A DNA stretch of 64,000 bases from Candidatus Aenigmatarchaeota archaeon (GCA_016184005.1 JACPDL010000003.1:380974-444973); one strand, 5' to 3'. Counted from the stretch's first letter, positions 54,284 through 64,000 are shown. Notes: generated by a model not told the origin, from the sequence alone. Numbers and translations: made by a program.

Positions 54284-54907
54284 ATGTTATTTTTATTAAT
54301 GAATAAACAATCGAAAGTTGTTCAAGAAGGTTATAACAAATTAGCAAAAAAATACAACAAGGAAAGGCATCGTTATGTTAATGATGCTCTCTTGAAACGA
54401 TTTGCAAAGCACCTAAAGAAAGGCTCAAAAGTTCTTGATTTAGGCTGTGGCGCTGGTATACCTATTGACAGGTTTCTAGTAAAGAATGGTTACAAAGTAA
54501 CTGGCATAGATTTCGCAAGAAATATGCTAAAAGCCGCGAAGAAAAATGTCCCCCGAGCCAAATACATTCAGATGGACATGACAAAGATGAAGTTTAAGCC
54601 TGACTCATTTGATGCTGCAGTCTCTTTCTATGCCATCATTCATGTTCCGAAAGAAAAGCATACAAAGTTATACAAAGATCTGCACAAAATCTTAAAGTCC
54701 GATGGAATTATTTTCGTGAACGCAAGCGGCCATAAAAAATGGGAAGGCTATGGAAATTTCATGGGCACTAGAATGTTCTGGAGCCATTATGCTCCTGCCA
54801 AGACATTAGGAATAATAAGAAAGTCTGGTTTCAAGATTCTATGGCGTAAAGTTCTGAAACTTGGTGGAGAAAAGCAGTTCTGGGTACTTGCTAGGAATAT
54901 GAAATAA
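54284..54907 (+). CDS. Class I SAM-dependent methyltransferase.
   Basis: 207 aa. The motif I is VLDLGCGAGIP. Methyltransf_11/25-like. Confidence 0.6.
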   Translation: MLFLLMNKQSKVVQEGYNKLAKKYNKERHRYVNDALLKRFAKHLKKGSKVLDLGCGAGIPIDRFLVKNGYKVTGIDFARNMLKAAKKNVPRAKYIQMDMTKMKFKPDSFDAAVSFYAIIHVPKEKHTKLYKDLHKILKSDGIIFVNASGHKKWEGYGNFMGTRMFWSHYAPAKTLGIIRKSGFKILWRKVLKLGGEKQFWVLARNMK

Positions 54908-55058
54908 GATGAGCTTTTCTCTAATTAACTTTAAATAGAAATTAAGACAAAGGGTTGAATGGCAATAATCACATAAAGTCATGTTCTAAACGGTTATCGT
55001 ATCGCTTGCTTTGATGAAGGAATATGATGGTAAAGTTCTAAGATTGGAGCGATACGAA

Positions 55059-55484
55059 ATGTATAAAATTTACCATTCCCAGAAGTTTGATAAAGAATTA
55101 GATAAATTTGGCAAAGATGTCAAGGACCACCGTCTAAAGACGGTGGCATGCTGAAATTTATGAATCCTTGAGCAATTCGCATTCCCTGAACCACTGTTTA
55201 AAAACAGTGGAATGCGAAGTTTCAAAGAGCGAGTCAATAAAATTGAAGATCAGCTAGTAAAGAATCCTAATGTTGGATCTCCTTTAGGAATTTCATGGTT
55301 AAGAGAAAAGAGATATGGTAAATATAGAATTTATTACATTATTTATGAAGACTTGAAATCTGTTTTTATGGTAGCTATTAGTGAGAAAAAAGATCAGCAG
55401 AAAGTTATCAATACAGTTAAAATTCTTTTAGAATACTTCAAAGAAGAAATAAAAGAATTAGTGGATAAGAATAAAATTACTTAA
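55059..55484 (+). pseudogene. RelE/ParE-family toxin gene split in frame by a 102-bp insertion of the 105-bp repeat element (55122-55223).
   Basis: The N-terminal piece MYKIYHSQKFDKELDKFGKDV (55059-55121) and the ORF 55212-55484 (..KERVNKIEDQLVKNPNVGSPLGISWLREKRYGKYRIYYIIYEDLKSVFMVAISEKKD) share one frame and together form a canonical RelE/ParE sequence. The insert carries an in-frame TGA. The flanks are TCAA/TCAA. No BHB fit is found at this junction. Confidence 0.55.
55118..55225 (+). repeat. About 105-bp two-hairpin repeat element (copy 3), inserted into the relE-like gene.
   Basis: Same sequence as copy 2. Confidence 0.65.
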
Positions 55485-55611
55485 CTCGTCTAATTCTTCC
55501 AGCCCTTATATCTTTGAAACTTTCCATAAATTGCTTCAATAGTTCAACGTCTATATTTGCTTGCGTTTTCAGCTTTTCATATTCTTTTTTTGGAATTGTT
55601 ATCATTTCCAT
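55481..55611 (-). CDS. Small antitoxin-like ORF (43 aa), convergent with and overlapping the relE stop.
   Basis: It encodes MEMITIPKKEYEKLKTQANIDVELLKQFMESFKDIRAGRIRRV. It is not in the ORF track (shorter than 60 aa). Weak. Confidence 0.2.
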
Positions 55612-55651
55612 AATAATACTGCCTTGCTAGAGTTTATATTTATTACTTTAT

Positions 55652-55939
55652 TCAAAATCTGCCGCCGAAGCGCTCGAGGAAGGCATCGTGCCACTGCGGA
55701 TACTCGCCTGCTATGTAAACCATCAGCACCCTGTGTTCTGAGGGTTCGCGAAGTATGAAAGCCGTGTCCGTGATTATCCATTGCAGTAATTCCCTGAACC
55801 GTCCTTCTGGAATGCGCATTATCTCGTTCTTGCCCATGTTCTTCAGGGCTTCGCGGAAGATCTGCTTTTCCTTCGTATCCGAGGCCAGGTCAATGACAGG
55901 CCCTTCTGATTCTACAGGCATTTCATTGTTTTCAGGCAT
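55652..55939 (-). CDS. Hypothetical protein.
   Basis: 95-aa ORF with no recognised motif. Confidence 0.3.
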   Translation of the reverse strand: MPENNEMPVESEGPVIDLASDTKEKQIFREALKNMGKNEIMRIPEGRFRELLQWIITDTAFILREPSEHRVLMVYIAGEYPQWHDAFLERFGGRF

Positions 55940-55985
55940 AGCTATTACTATTACCGGAAGATTTTAAAACGGATTCAGGAAAGCG

Positions 55986-56804
55986 CTATACTATTTTGTG
56001 TTTGCTTCTTCGCCTGCTGTACATGCGCCATCCAACAAAACCGACGCCAAGAATTGCCACAATAATTGCTCCTGCGGCTGTCGGGTTGGCTGTAACAAAA
56101 GCCGTCAGGAAATTCGGCTGCGTCTGCTGCGCAGGCGCCCCTGATTCCTGCCCCTGCGACTGGGATGTTCCGGCAGCAGAACAGGGCCGGGATTCAAAAG
56201 GCTTGCTGCTTTCCGTGCCGCACTTGTTCACGTCCTCACATGTCCTTCTCTCAAAACCATCCTGGCATTCAGACCAGTCCGTACAGAGCCATCTCTCCGT
56301 GCAAGGCCCTGTTGATTGCGAGGTTGGCGTCTGGGTTGTTGTGCCTGCTTTCGGCGCTGCTACGCCTCCGCTGCCTCCGCCGCCCGAAGAGCTGCTACCT
56401 GAACCGCCCCCTCCACCGCCACCAGGGCTTGGAGGAGCCGCGATAGTTACTGATAAATCAACTTCGTCCGAATCTCCGTTAGCAAATATCGCAGTTGCTC
56501 CTGAATCAACGCCGTTCACAAAGAATCTTACAATCCGGCCGGAAAAGCTGCCGTCGTCGCTCCGGACCCTGAACTCTGGTGCAGGAGGTTTTCCATAGAC
56601 ACCGCCCACTGTTGCCGTGCTTAAAACTTCAGTGCCGTCCACTCTTGCGGAAACAATTGTGCCGTCCGTTGCAGGCGCGCCGTTTACAAGAACATCGCCA
56701 AAAAATGTGTGCGGCGGGAAAGCCGGCTGCGATTGCGCAAAAACAAGCATACTAAAAGTAAGAACGATCAAGATAGGAGCGAATATTTTCAGATCCATTT
56801 TCAC
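55986..56804 (-). CDS. Secreted Cys-containing protein with a Gly/Ser-rich linker and a C-terminal TM anchor.
   Basis: 272 aa. Signal peptide. Poly-Gly/Ser stretch. A Cys cluster follows (CTERWLCTDWSECQDGFERRTCEDVNKC). The C-terminal TM helix is followed by RRRSKHK. Confidence 0.5.
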   Translation of the reverse strand: MKMDLKIFAPILIVLTFSMLVFAQSQPAFPPHTFFGDVLVNGAPATDGTIVSARVDGTEVLSTATVGGVYGKPPAPEFRVRSDDGSFSGRIVRFFVNGVDSGATAIFANGDSDEVDLSVTIAAPPSPGGGGGGGSGSSSSGGGGSGGVAAPKAGTTTQTPTSQSTGPCTERWLCTDWSECQDGFERRTCEDVNKCGTESSKPFESRPCSAAGTSQSQGQESGAPAQQTQPNFLTAFVTANPTAAGAIIVAILGVGFVGWRMYSRRRSKHKIV

Positions 56805-57031
56805 ACCAAAAAATTTCTAAGACGGACTCAAACTTTCTTTCCGCTTTAGTTCTTTCATCATTTGTGAATAGCTATCCCAGGAAAGATTATAAGCCTATTC
56901 CTTATGTTAGCCCTTTTACAGAAGTAATGGGCGCGTGGTTGGGAAAGCATGCAATTCTTCTGCATCCACTTCAATCCACTAGTGTAAGCAGGCGAAATTT
57001 TAGTTGGACTTGAGGAAAAAAGAAAAAATAA

Positions 57032-60000
57032 TTAGTCTCCGAAGATTATCGGGCATGTTGTCGAATAGCTGTACAGCTCGTCCTCGTCTATATCAAGCCA
57101 GTATCCTGCTCCAGGATCCATGTGGGACGTGAAGTTTAATTCCGGCCACTTCTTATCAGCAGGGTTGAAAAGCTCCCAGTACGTGAGCAGAGAATCCCAC
57201 TTAGGATGGCCCAATGCCGTGTTCACCAATGTGCCTAAAGCGCATGTGGACTTCCTTCCGTCTCCGTCAGGGCCGTCGTACACAGGCGGCTCTATAGGCT
57301 CTTTGTCCTCATTGGCGTTTAATCCGTAGTAGCCTATTAGGTTCCATCCTTCTTTCAGCGCCTTGCTCGGCGGCGTCACTACAGGGCTGAACAGGCTGCC
57401 GCCTATCAGGAGCGTGTTATCATCATTCATCAATACCCAGTAGCCCCAGCCAGGCACCATGGTATGCAGCGTGTCCGTTGCATCGTCAGGCGTCCATACA
57501 AGCCACTGGCCTGCTACAGGATCATATGTGGATACGGATGTGACGTTCTCTTCTATGTCCTCAAACACCCTGTCCATCGAATCGTTCAACAATACCAACG
57601 GCGTGGATATCAGGTTCCATTTCTTGTTCAGCTGTATCTCGAACCCTCTTCCCTCAACCTTGAACTTCTCCTCGTCCACAGGTCCCTTGTTGCCCAATGC
57701 GTCCTGGCAGTAGAACTTCAGATTATGTTCAGATTCTTCTGTGAAGTGGAACTGGACAGGCGCCCTGTCTTCAATCACGCAGCAGAACCCGTCTTCCTTG
57801 TTGAATTCGCCGTATGCCCTGCTGCAATAGCCTTCTGTCGCGTCGTCGCCGTCCAGATCAACCTTGAAGCATGCGTTTGAATTGTCTACCGGATGCGGCT
57901 CGGGGTCGCTGCAGTCAAGCGTTATCGGCGTCATTGTCGTGACTTTCCAGCAGTCCAAGCTGTCCGGATCGGTTTCGTTGAAACATAGTCCGTTCACTTC
58001 CGGATAAAATATAAACTTGTAATCATTTGTTGTATTTGTATGATTTATAACGGACTTAGGCTTTTCAACCGTCTTGATAGGAACAGGCGGCGTGTCGTCG
58101 ACGAATGCGCACTGTCTCCGAGGCGTTTCGTTCTTCTCCACATTGTCAATGCTGTAGAACTCTATCAGGTGGCATGACTCTTCATTGATTGTGAACGGGT
58201 TTGTGTAGGTGTTCCACGCTGTCGTGCCGTTTGGCGCGTCCTCGCAGCCCAACAGGTCGTCGTTGGTCTCGTCATCGTCGTCTATGAAATTTTCGCCGTT
58301 GCAGTATGTGTCATCCACAGGCGTGCTCCTCCAGAACGTTGCATCCACGCCGGAATCATGAGGCCCGTAATCGTCGGTTGCGCTCAATGTAACGTCTGTT
58401 TTGATTGTTATCCATTCAATTCCGTCATCCGAGAAGAATGGCTTGCCGTATGTCTTCTCCGTCACTGGCGGCGTCTTGTCAACTAAAAATGTTTCAACAT
58501 CAGTCACTTCATTGCCCAAGGCATCGTGGCATGTTATTGTTAATTCGTGCTCCGATTCCTCAGGGAAGTTTATATCGAACGTTGGCGTCACGTCATTTTC
58601 TCCGCCCCTAGCACCATCATCATCCACAACCTCATAAGACCAGTCGCATGTCACATGATTGGAAGGATGCGGCTGTGGATCTTCCGCCTCGACATGTATC
58701 TTCGTCACGCCATCAATTATGCACTCGTCGCCTTCTTCTTCAGGCGGACATGTTCCTACCTGCGGGCCTACCACAGTCTTTGTTATCACAGGCGGCTGGG
58801 TATCTACTGCAAAGAACTCCAGGTCAGGCTTGTTTACATTGCCAAGCGCGTCCTCGCAGTAGTATTCAAGGTCGTGCATCGTATCTTCCTGGAAGTTGAA
58901 TTGTAGCCTTGGCCTGTCAACGCAGCAGTAGCCGTTATCCTGAATTTCTCCTTCAACATCTTCACAATACTCTTCTGTCAGGAACGGTTGTTGTGGGTCG
59001 TCAAACGAAACAAGGAAGCACACACTTTCGTGGTCGACAGGGTGAGGATCTTGGTCTTCACAGCTTAGGGTTATAGGTGTTTCCTGACTCACAAGCCAGT
59101 CGCATTGAGGCGCAAGCTGGCAGTTTGCAGGGCAACTGTCGCCGTCTTCAGTATTTCCGTCGTCACAGTCTTCGCCCACTTCAAGTTCTCCGTTTCCGCA
59201 AATATAAGCTGACTGTCCGCCAGTACCGCATGTTCCGGGCTCAATCTCGAAAGCAGTAATCAAATCCTTTTCAGCAAAACTCTGAGGCGTAGTTCTTACC
59301 CACATTACTTCCTTGAATCCGTCCGCTTCATTATTGAAAGTTACAGGGTCGCATTCCATATCCTCTTGTCTGTCGTCTTCACTAACAAACTGGTCTACAA
59401 GATCAAGGGTATCTTTATCAGCCCTGAATACCTTGCCTCCGCCATCGTTGCCCATGTATAGGTTTGCGCCGCCTATCGCCAGTCCGCTTAATGATGAAAG
59501 GTCTTCGTCCGTGTCTGTAGCATCGTATCCTGTAACAAGCGTGCCGTCAGGCCTGAAAACACCCAGATTCTTGTTTACATCGTCGCTGAACCACAGCTCG
59601 TCGTCTGCATCACTCTCTGGGTCATTCTCGTTGTAAGCCAGACCGTCTAGGAAACAATAACCAAGGAATGATCCTCCTGTAGCCGGGTTGATCAATGAGC
59701 TTGGAACGGTGAACACCAAAGCTACTGAATCGTCACCAAAGTCCCAGAAGTATATCGGCATTCCTTCTCCGCAATCGCCTGGGGCAGAACCACCAAATCC
59801 TCTCTGCGTACCAAACCAGATTCCATTTCTTTTGGCATCAAACGCCATTGCGTTCGGGTATGACGATACTCCAGTATCAAATGTATCCTGAAGGGCTCCT
59901 GTTACAGGATGAACCTTGTATATGTTCTTGTCGACGCACCTGTTGTAGTAAAGCGATGCGCCATCGAACGCCAAGCCTATGCTGCAGAAGTTCGTGTAGC

Positions 60001-63000
60001 CGGGATTGTCAAATTCACTCGCATCAAGCTGATGAACGACGTCACCGACAGATGCAGGCCCGAATCCTTCAGGTCCGAATCCTTCAGGTTCGAGATTGTC
60101 TTCACAAGCCAGTTTCGGCTCGCCAACTTCCTTGGTGCCATCAGGCGGCGTGTTCTCAACAAAGACGCACTGGCGCTTTGGCTCTTCGGTATTGCCTAGT
60201 TTGTCAGAGCTGTAGTATTCTATCACGTGGCAGGATTCCTCGTCCTTGGTGAAAGGTCCTGTATAAACATTCCATCCCACAACGACTTTCTGCGTCCACT
60301 CGCCCAGCACTTCATCGGTAGCTGTGTTGACAAGCTGCCTCTTTACTGTATACTTTCCTGCGGGCGCGCCGCTTGCAAACATGACCCTGTCAACGTTGTT
60401 GAAATCTTCTCCAGATGCGACGCTCCAGCCTGAGCCGCCGGAAGCAGCCAGTCCGCCGCTTCCATCAGACGCGAAAACGTATGTCTCGCTTCCAAGATTA
60501 GGGCATCCGCCGGGCGGGCTTATTATTGAGCACTCGAACGGGTCGTACCAGCCGACTTCCTCAAGCTGAACGTCTCCGGGAGCCAGGCTTCCGCCGTCAG
60601 ACGTAACAGTTATTTCCCAGTGAACATCGGCGGCAACAGCATCCGATTCTGCATGAACGCCGTAATAATAATCAGTATCAAAATCAGCAGGACCTGTCAA
60701 TGCAGGCGAGAACGCATACACGGAACCGCCGCCGTTCTTTTCAAGGATTTCCGGAGCGGCACTTCCCACGTCAACGTCGTCATTCGTTCCTGAAGCAGAA
60801 TAATAATCGAAGAATTCAGGGTTGCAGTACCCGGACTGCTGGCAGGGCTGGTCGTTTCCAGCCAGAAAGTTCCTCCAGTACGTCTTGTCAACGCCGACCT
60901 TGTTGTCCCCCGCTTCCAGAGTCACAGGCGTGCTTGAGTTTATCCATACAGGCATCCAATGACCCGCAGGGTCCTGACCGCCTCCATAATCCAAACACTC
61001 ATACACATATTCATCAAGGCAGTTTTCGTAGTCGCCGTTTTCCCACTCATACTCATCACAATAATCTTCGGCTTCTGCCACGCACCAGTCTTCATACGTG
61101 AACAGAGGCTTGCCGTATGTCTTTGTCGTCACAGGCGGCGTTGAGTCTACGAGGAACGTTTCCGTGTCGTAGAATGTGTTTCCAAGCATGTCCTGGCAGA
61201 ATATTTCAAGATCATGCGTCGAATCCTTGACAAACACTATGTCGACAGGCTCGCTGAATCCTCCGGAGCCTACAAGATCGGGCAATCTGCATCTTCCGCC
61301 ATCGTAATAACCATTATTCAATTCTTTACAGGTATATTCATCAGTGTGCCACCATACTTCGTATTGACAAGATACGCTGTTCTTGTGCAGCCCGGCATCA
61401 ACCGGGGTGACAGTCACTCCGCTATGCCCGTTGTCCGCGACGTAGCAGTCGCCGTGTTCAATGTCGCTTCCTGAAGGGCAGTCGCCGAGCCACGAGCCGA
61501 ACATGTCCTTCTCTATCGTTGGCGGCGTGTCGTCGACCTTGTACCACTGCAGGAATGTCTCTGATTTCTTTTCTACGGCGTCCTTGCAGTAATATTCCAG
61601 ATCATGCAGGGAATCTTCTCCGGGGTTGAAATTGAATATAAATTGATTGTATTTATCAACAGGGACTTTATCAACAGGGACGCAGGCAAAACCGTCTTGT
61701 CCTATTGTTGTTTCGTATTTAGCAGCATAAAGGCTTGTCAGGTCGAAAGGCGACTGGTCGAAAGAAACCTTGAAGCATAGCTGCTCGTCGCCTGAAGGAT
61801 GAGGCTGCGGATCTGTACATGTGAATGTTATTGGCGTGGCAGGGGTTACCCATGTAAACCTGTCTTGTGTTATGTCGTCCAGAATAACACCGCCGTTAAG
61901 GCTCAGTTCATCAACAAGCGCCGTCTCGTCGTTCCAGCTTCCAGAGCCGCCTATTTGCAATTTTATTAGCTTAACATGGTCTGTCGGATCTAGGTCAGCT
62001 GGTTTATCTACACAACCAAGAGAGAAAATATTTGGCAAAGTTTCATAACAATCTGAGCTTAGCCCATCTTTATCTTCATTGGGTGACCACCATTGCGGCG
62101 TATTGTACGCATCTGTCTGTGACCATACGTCAGTTACTGGATTTGCTGAGGGTCCGTCCATCTCTATGAATGTATCATCACCGAGAGCGGCTGGATTATG
62201 CTGCAAGCCGCCTATGTGCCATGCATCCAGGTCTGATTCGAAAACGCCGTCGCCGTCTGCATCAACACCCAGAACTACATTAACATCATAACCGTTTGGA
62301 TTATACGACTCTATAAGTTGCCAGAATGACAATGAAGTAATGTCCTGAAGCGCTATATCCACAGGCACGTCAACGCCTGCCCAGTCCTGCGTGCCGTCAA
62401 GAACATATAATTTGGCTGCCGAAGTTCCGCTGTGCTTGTCTGAAGTTGACCACATTACCCAGCCGTTGTTGACTTCTTCCTCGTTGGTTTTGTCAACGCT
62501 TGGCTCGCCGACTTCTTTCTCGACAACAGGCGGCGTCTTGTCGACGAAGAAGCAGTTCGTGTTTACGCCCCTTTGCTCGCTTTCATTGTTTCCTACATTG
62601 TCGACGCTGTAGAATTCAAGCAGGTGGCAGGATTCTTCGGTTTTGTAGAAGGGGCCTGTATAAAGATTAAAGTTTCCGGGATGAAAGTCTCCGGCGTCAT
62701 TGGCTAGTTCGCATATCGCTGTATTCCTGCAGTATTCATCATCAACAAGCGTGTTTCTCCAGTATGTCCTGTTCACGCCCGAGTTATGCTCGGCGTCGTC
62801 GGCAGCGCTTAGATTTACCTGTGTTACGCCGTCGATCCATTCATTACGACAGCCCACAGGAGGAACAACGGGAGGACTGGCAGTTGAGTAACATGCACCT
62901 TCAACGAAAGGGCCGATGAATGTTTTGTTCGTCACGGGCGCTGTGCAGTCGACTGTTATGCTGAGGTTGATCGGCTGCCACGTTTCGCCGTTGTTGTAGA

Positions 63001-63457
63001 CTTCAACGCTCCAGGCATAGTTGCTTTGTGTTGTTGTGTTGGCAATGAACGTGAAGTTCAGCGAACCTCCGGGCTGTATCATCGACTCTGGGTGGCCTAC
63101 ATTAACTATATACTGGCAGAAAGGATTGCCTCCTGGATGGTCAATAAGTGTCCAGTTTTCCGGAGCTCCACCGCAGTCAAATCTGTTGTGAGGCGTTATA
63201 TTTAGGTAACGTCCGGGAAGATAAGTGCCGTTGAAAAGCCATACGCTTCTGATCGGCGCAGAATCAGACAATGTCCTCACTTCTACCGTGTAATTATTTG
63301 TTGCGCCGCAGAATGTTAAGTCAGGAGACAATTTTAATTCAGCAACAATTCCCTGCACAGGAATCTGCGCGCTTGCTGGAAGAACATAAGCGGCGGCGAA
63401 AACTGCGACGAGCAGCAGGGCGAATATTGCAGAAACAACGGTAAGTCCTTTTATCAT
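57032..63457 (-). CDS. Giant acidic secreted protein (2141 aa) with at least eight repeated Ig-like modules and a Myxococcus-type Cys-rich repeat.
   Basis: Signal peptide. The recurring module boundary is C/H-x-L/I-E-Y/F-Y-C/S-x-D-x-x-G-N...F-x-VD-x-TPP, for example CHLLEFYSVDNVGNNES..FFVDKTPPV and MHDLEYYCEDALGNVNKPDLEFFAVDTQPPV. The segment CGNGELEVGEDCDDGNTEDGDSCPANC fits the Myxococcus cysteine-rich repeat consensus. The protein is very D/E-rich. Confidence 0.6.
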   Translation of the reverse strand: MIKGLTVVSAIFALLLVAVFAAAYVLPASAQIPVQGIVAELKLSPDLTFCGATNNYTVEVRTLSDSAPIRSVWLFNGTYLPGRYLNITPHNRFDCGGAPENWTLIDHPGGNPFCQYIVNVGHPESMIQPGGSLNFTFIANTTTQSNYAWSVEVYNNGETWQPINLSITVDCTAPVTNKTFIGPFVEGACYSTASPPVVPPVGCRNEWIDGVTQVNLSAADDAEHNSGVNRTYWRNTLVDDEYCRNTAICELANDAGDFHPGNFNLYTGPFYKTEESCHLLEFYSVDNVGNNESEQRGVNTNCFFVDKTPPVVEKEVGEPSVDKTNEEEVNNGWVMWSTSDKHSGTSAAKLYVLDGTQDWAGVDVPVDIALQDITSLSFWQLIESYNPNGYDVNVVLGVDADGDGVFESDLDAWHIGGLQHNPAALGDDTFIEMDGPSANPVTDVWSQTDAYNTPQWWSPNEDKDGLSSDCYETLPNIFSLGCVDKPADLDPTDHVKLIKLQIGGSGSWNDETALVDELSLNGGVILDDITQDRFTWVTPATPITFTCTDPQPHPSGDEQLCFKVSFDQSPFDLTSLYAAKYETTIGQDGFACVPVDKVPVDKYNQFIFNFNPGEDSLHDLEYYCKDAVEKKSETFLQWYKVDDTPPTIEKDMFGSWLGDCPSGSDIEHGDCYVADNGHSGVTVTPVDAGLHKNSVSCQYEVWWHTDEYTCKELNNGYYDGGRCRLPDLVGSGGFSEPVDIVFVKDSTHDLEIFCQDMLGNTFYDTETFLVDSTPPVTTKTYGKPLFTYEDWCVAEAEDYCDEYEWENGDYENCLDEYVYECLDYGGGQDPAGHWMPVWINSSTPVTLEAGDNKVGVDKTYWRNFLAGNDQPCQQSGYCNPEFFDYYSASGTNDDVDVGSAAPEILEKNGGGSVYAFSPALTGPADFDTDYYYGVHAESDAVAADVHWEITVTSDGGSLAPGDVQLEEVGWYDPFECSIISPPGGCPNLGSETYVFASDGSGGLAASGGSGWSVASGEDFNNVDRVMFASGAPAGKYTVKRQLVNTATDEVLGEWTQKVVVGWNVYTGPFTKDEESCHVIEYYSSDKLGNTEEPKRQCVFVENTPPDGTKEVGEPKLACEDNLEPEGFGPEGFGPASVGDVVHQLDASEFDNPGYTNFCSIGLAFDGASLYYNRCVDKNIYKVHPVTGALQDTFDTGVSSYPNAMAFDAKRNGIWFGTQRGFGGSAPGDCGEGMPIYFWDFGDDSVALVFTVPSSLINPATGGSFLGYCFLDGLAYNENDPESDADDELWFSDDVNKNLGVFRPDGTLVTGYDATDTDEDLSSLSGLAIGGANLYMGNDGGGKVFRADKDTLDLVDQFVSEDDRQEDMECDPVTFNNEADGFKEVMWVRTTPQSFAEKDLITAFEIEPGTCGTGGQSAYICGNGELEVGEDCDDGNTEDGDSCPANCQLAPQCDWLVSQETPITLSCEDQDPHPVDHESVCFLVSFDDPQQPFLTEEYCEDVEGEIQDNGYCCVDRPRLQFNFQEDTMHDLEYYCEDALGNVNKPDLEFFAVDTQPPVITKTVVGPQVGTCPPEEEGDECIIDGVTKIHVEAEDPQPHPSNHVTCDWSYEVVDDDGARGGENDVTPTFDINFPEESEHELTITCHDALGNEVTDVETFLVDKTPPVTEKTYGKPFFSDDGIEWITIKTDVTLSATDDYGPHDSGVDATFWRSTPVDDTYCNGENFIDDDDETNDDLLGCEDAPNGTTAWNTYTNPFTINEESCHLIEFYSIDNVEKNETPRRQCAFVDDTPPVPIKTVEKPKSVINHTNTTNDYKFIFYPEVNGLCFNETDPDSLDCWKVTTMTPITLDCSDPEPHPVDNSNACFKVDLDGDDATEGYCSRAYGEFNKEDGFCCVIEDRAPVQFHFTEESEHNLKFYCQDALGNKGPVDEEKFKVEGRGFEIQLNKKWNLISTPLVLLNDSMDRVFEDIEENVTSVSTYDPVAGQWLVWTPDDATDTLHTMVPGWGYWVLMNDDNTLLIGGSLFSPVVTPPSKALKEGWNLIGYYGLNANEDKEPIEPPVYDGPDGDGRKSTCALGTLVNTALGHPKWDSLLTYWELFNPADKKWPELNFTSHMDPGAGYWLDIDEDELYSYSTTCPIIFGD

Positions 63458-63599
63458 GCCTTTGCTAAATTTTTTAGCTTCAGAAATAAACTAACACCCC
63501 GAATTTATTTTCATACAACTCTAATGTATTTAAAAGGTACCTACATTTCCTGTGGAATGTAATGTATATGTAATGTATAAGCATCCCTGTAGTAGGATA

Positions 63600-63680
63600 A
63601 TTGCTTTACAACTGAGGTGTAGTGACAATTTCAGAATTAATGCAACTGGAATATAGTGACAGTTTCAGAACTGGCGTTCC
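63600..63680. promoter_or_regulatory. Direct repeats (AGTGACA-A/G-TTTCAGAA-T/C-T, two copies) plus the inverted repeat GTTCCTG...CAGGAAC, upstream of the giant gene's start.
   Basis: Seen directly in the 270-bp spacer between the ZIP-like gene end and the giant-gene ATG (63457). Candidate transcription-factor binding sites. Confidence 0.3.
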
Positions 63681-63731
63681 TGCAGCGGATTCAGGAACAG
63701 GAACCCCCGGTGCGCCGGGTACTGCATGCTG

Positions 63732-64000
63732 TCACCCAAGAAGCAGGAGGCCGTACATCACAGCAATGCCCAGAACGATTGCTGTCATCTGCAGCACAGA
63801 GCCCTTCGCGGTGAATCTCTTGTGCAGCTCCGGTATCAGGTCGGAGCCTGCAATGTATATGAAACTCCCGGCTGCAAAAGATACGAGGAACGGCATTGAA
63901 TTTTCCACGTAAGAGCTGATTACAATCGCAGAAAGGGCGCCGAGAACTGCGATAATGGCGGAAAGAAAGTTAAGCGTCAATGCCCTCCTTTTTGTAAACC
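63732..64000 (-). CDS. C-terminal part of a ZIP-family metal transporter. The N-terminus lies beyond the window end.
   Basis: Hydrophobic helices end in the ZIP-like segment AGSFIYIAGSDLIPELH and a terminal GLLLLG. The open frame continues to the window edge. Confidence 0.4.
   Translation of the reverse strand, partial: FTKRRALTLNFLSAIIAVLGALSAIVISSYVENSMPFLVSFAAGSFIYIAGSDLIPELHKRFTAKGSVLQMTAIVLGIAVMYGLLLLG

Noticed and set aside
55118-55225. The 102-nt in-frame insert in the relE-like gene as another BHB intron.
   Set aside because: None of the five equivalent junction positions gives a 4-bp central helix with correctly placed 3-nt bulges. The element has its own internal hairpins but no exon-intron pairing, and identical copies exist in intergenic DNA. 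An insertion event is the simpler explanation.

Overview
This 64-kb window is an archaeal chromosomal segment. Core translation genes are interleaved with a large set of cell-surface protein genes and small AT-rich mobile-type genes. Archaeal identity rests on S8e, L37e, L21e, an Sm protein, RpoF, DUF655, Pus10, class I LysRS and archaeal-type TrpRS. The strongest observation is a 28-nt insertion in the ribonuclease HII gene (rnhB) that breaks the catalytic GIDEAGRGP motif; it folds as a bulge-helix-bulge (BHB) intron, the structure cut by the archaeal tRNA-splicing endonuclease, and its removal restores frame and motif. All four tRNA genes are interrupted by introns. The Lys tRNA appears to carry three introns, and the initiator Met tRNA has two non-canonical ones and sits between two LAGLIDADG homing-endonuclease genes. 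Two short repeat families and many AG-rich 7-9-bp hairpins are dispersed through the window, including a tandem array of about ten hairpins downstream of aspS. One 105-bp repeat copy splits a RelE/ParE toxin gene, and tandem tRNA-Glu 3'-end fragments lie next to tRNA-Glu. A two-gene module (large Cys-rich anchored surface protein plus small Cys-rich membrane protein) occurs twice. TAG is a genuine stop codon here. Coordinates for RNA features and repeats were derived by hand and may be off by 1-2 nt.
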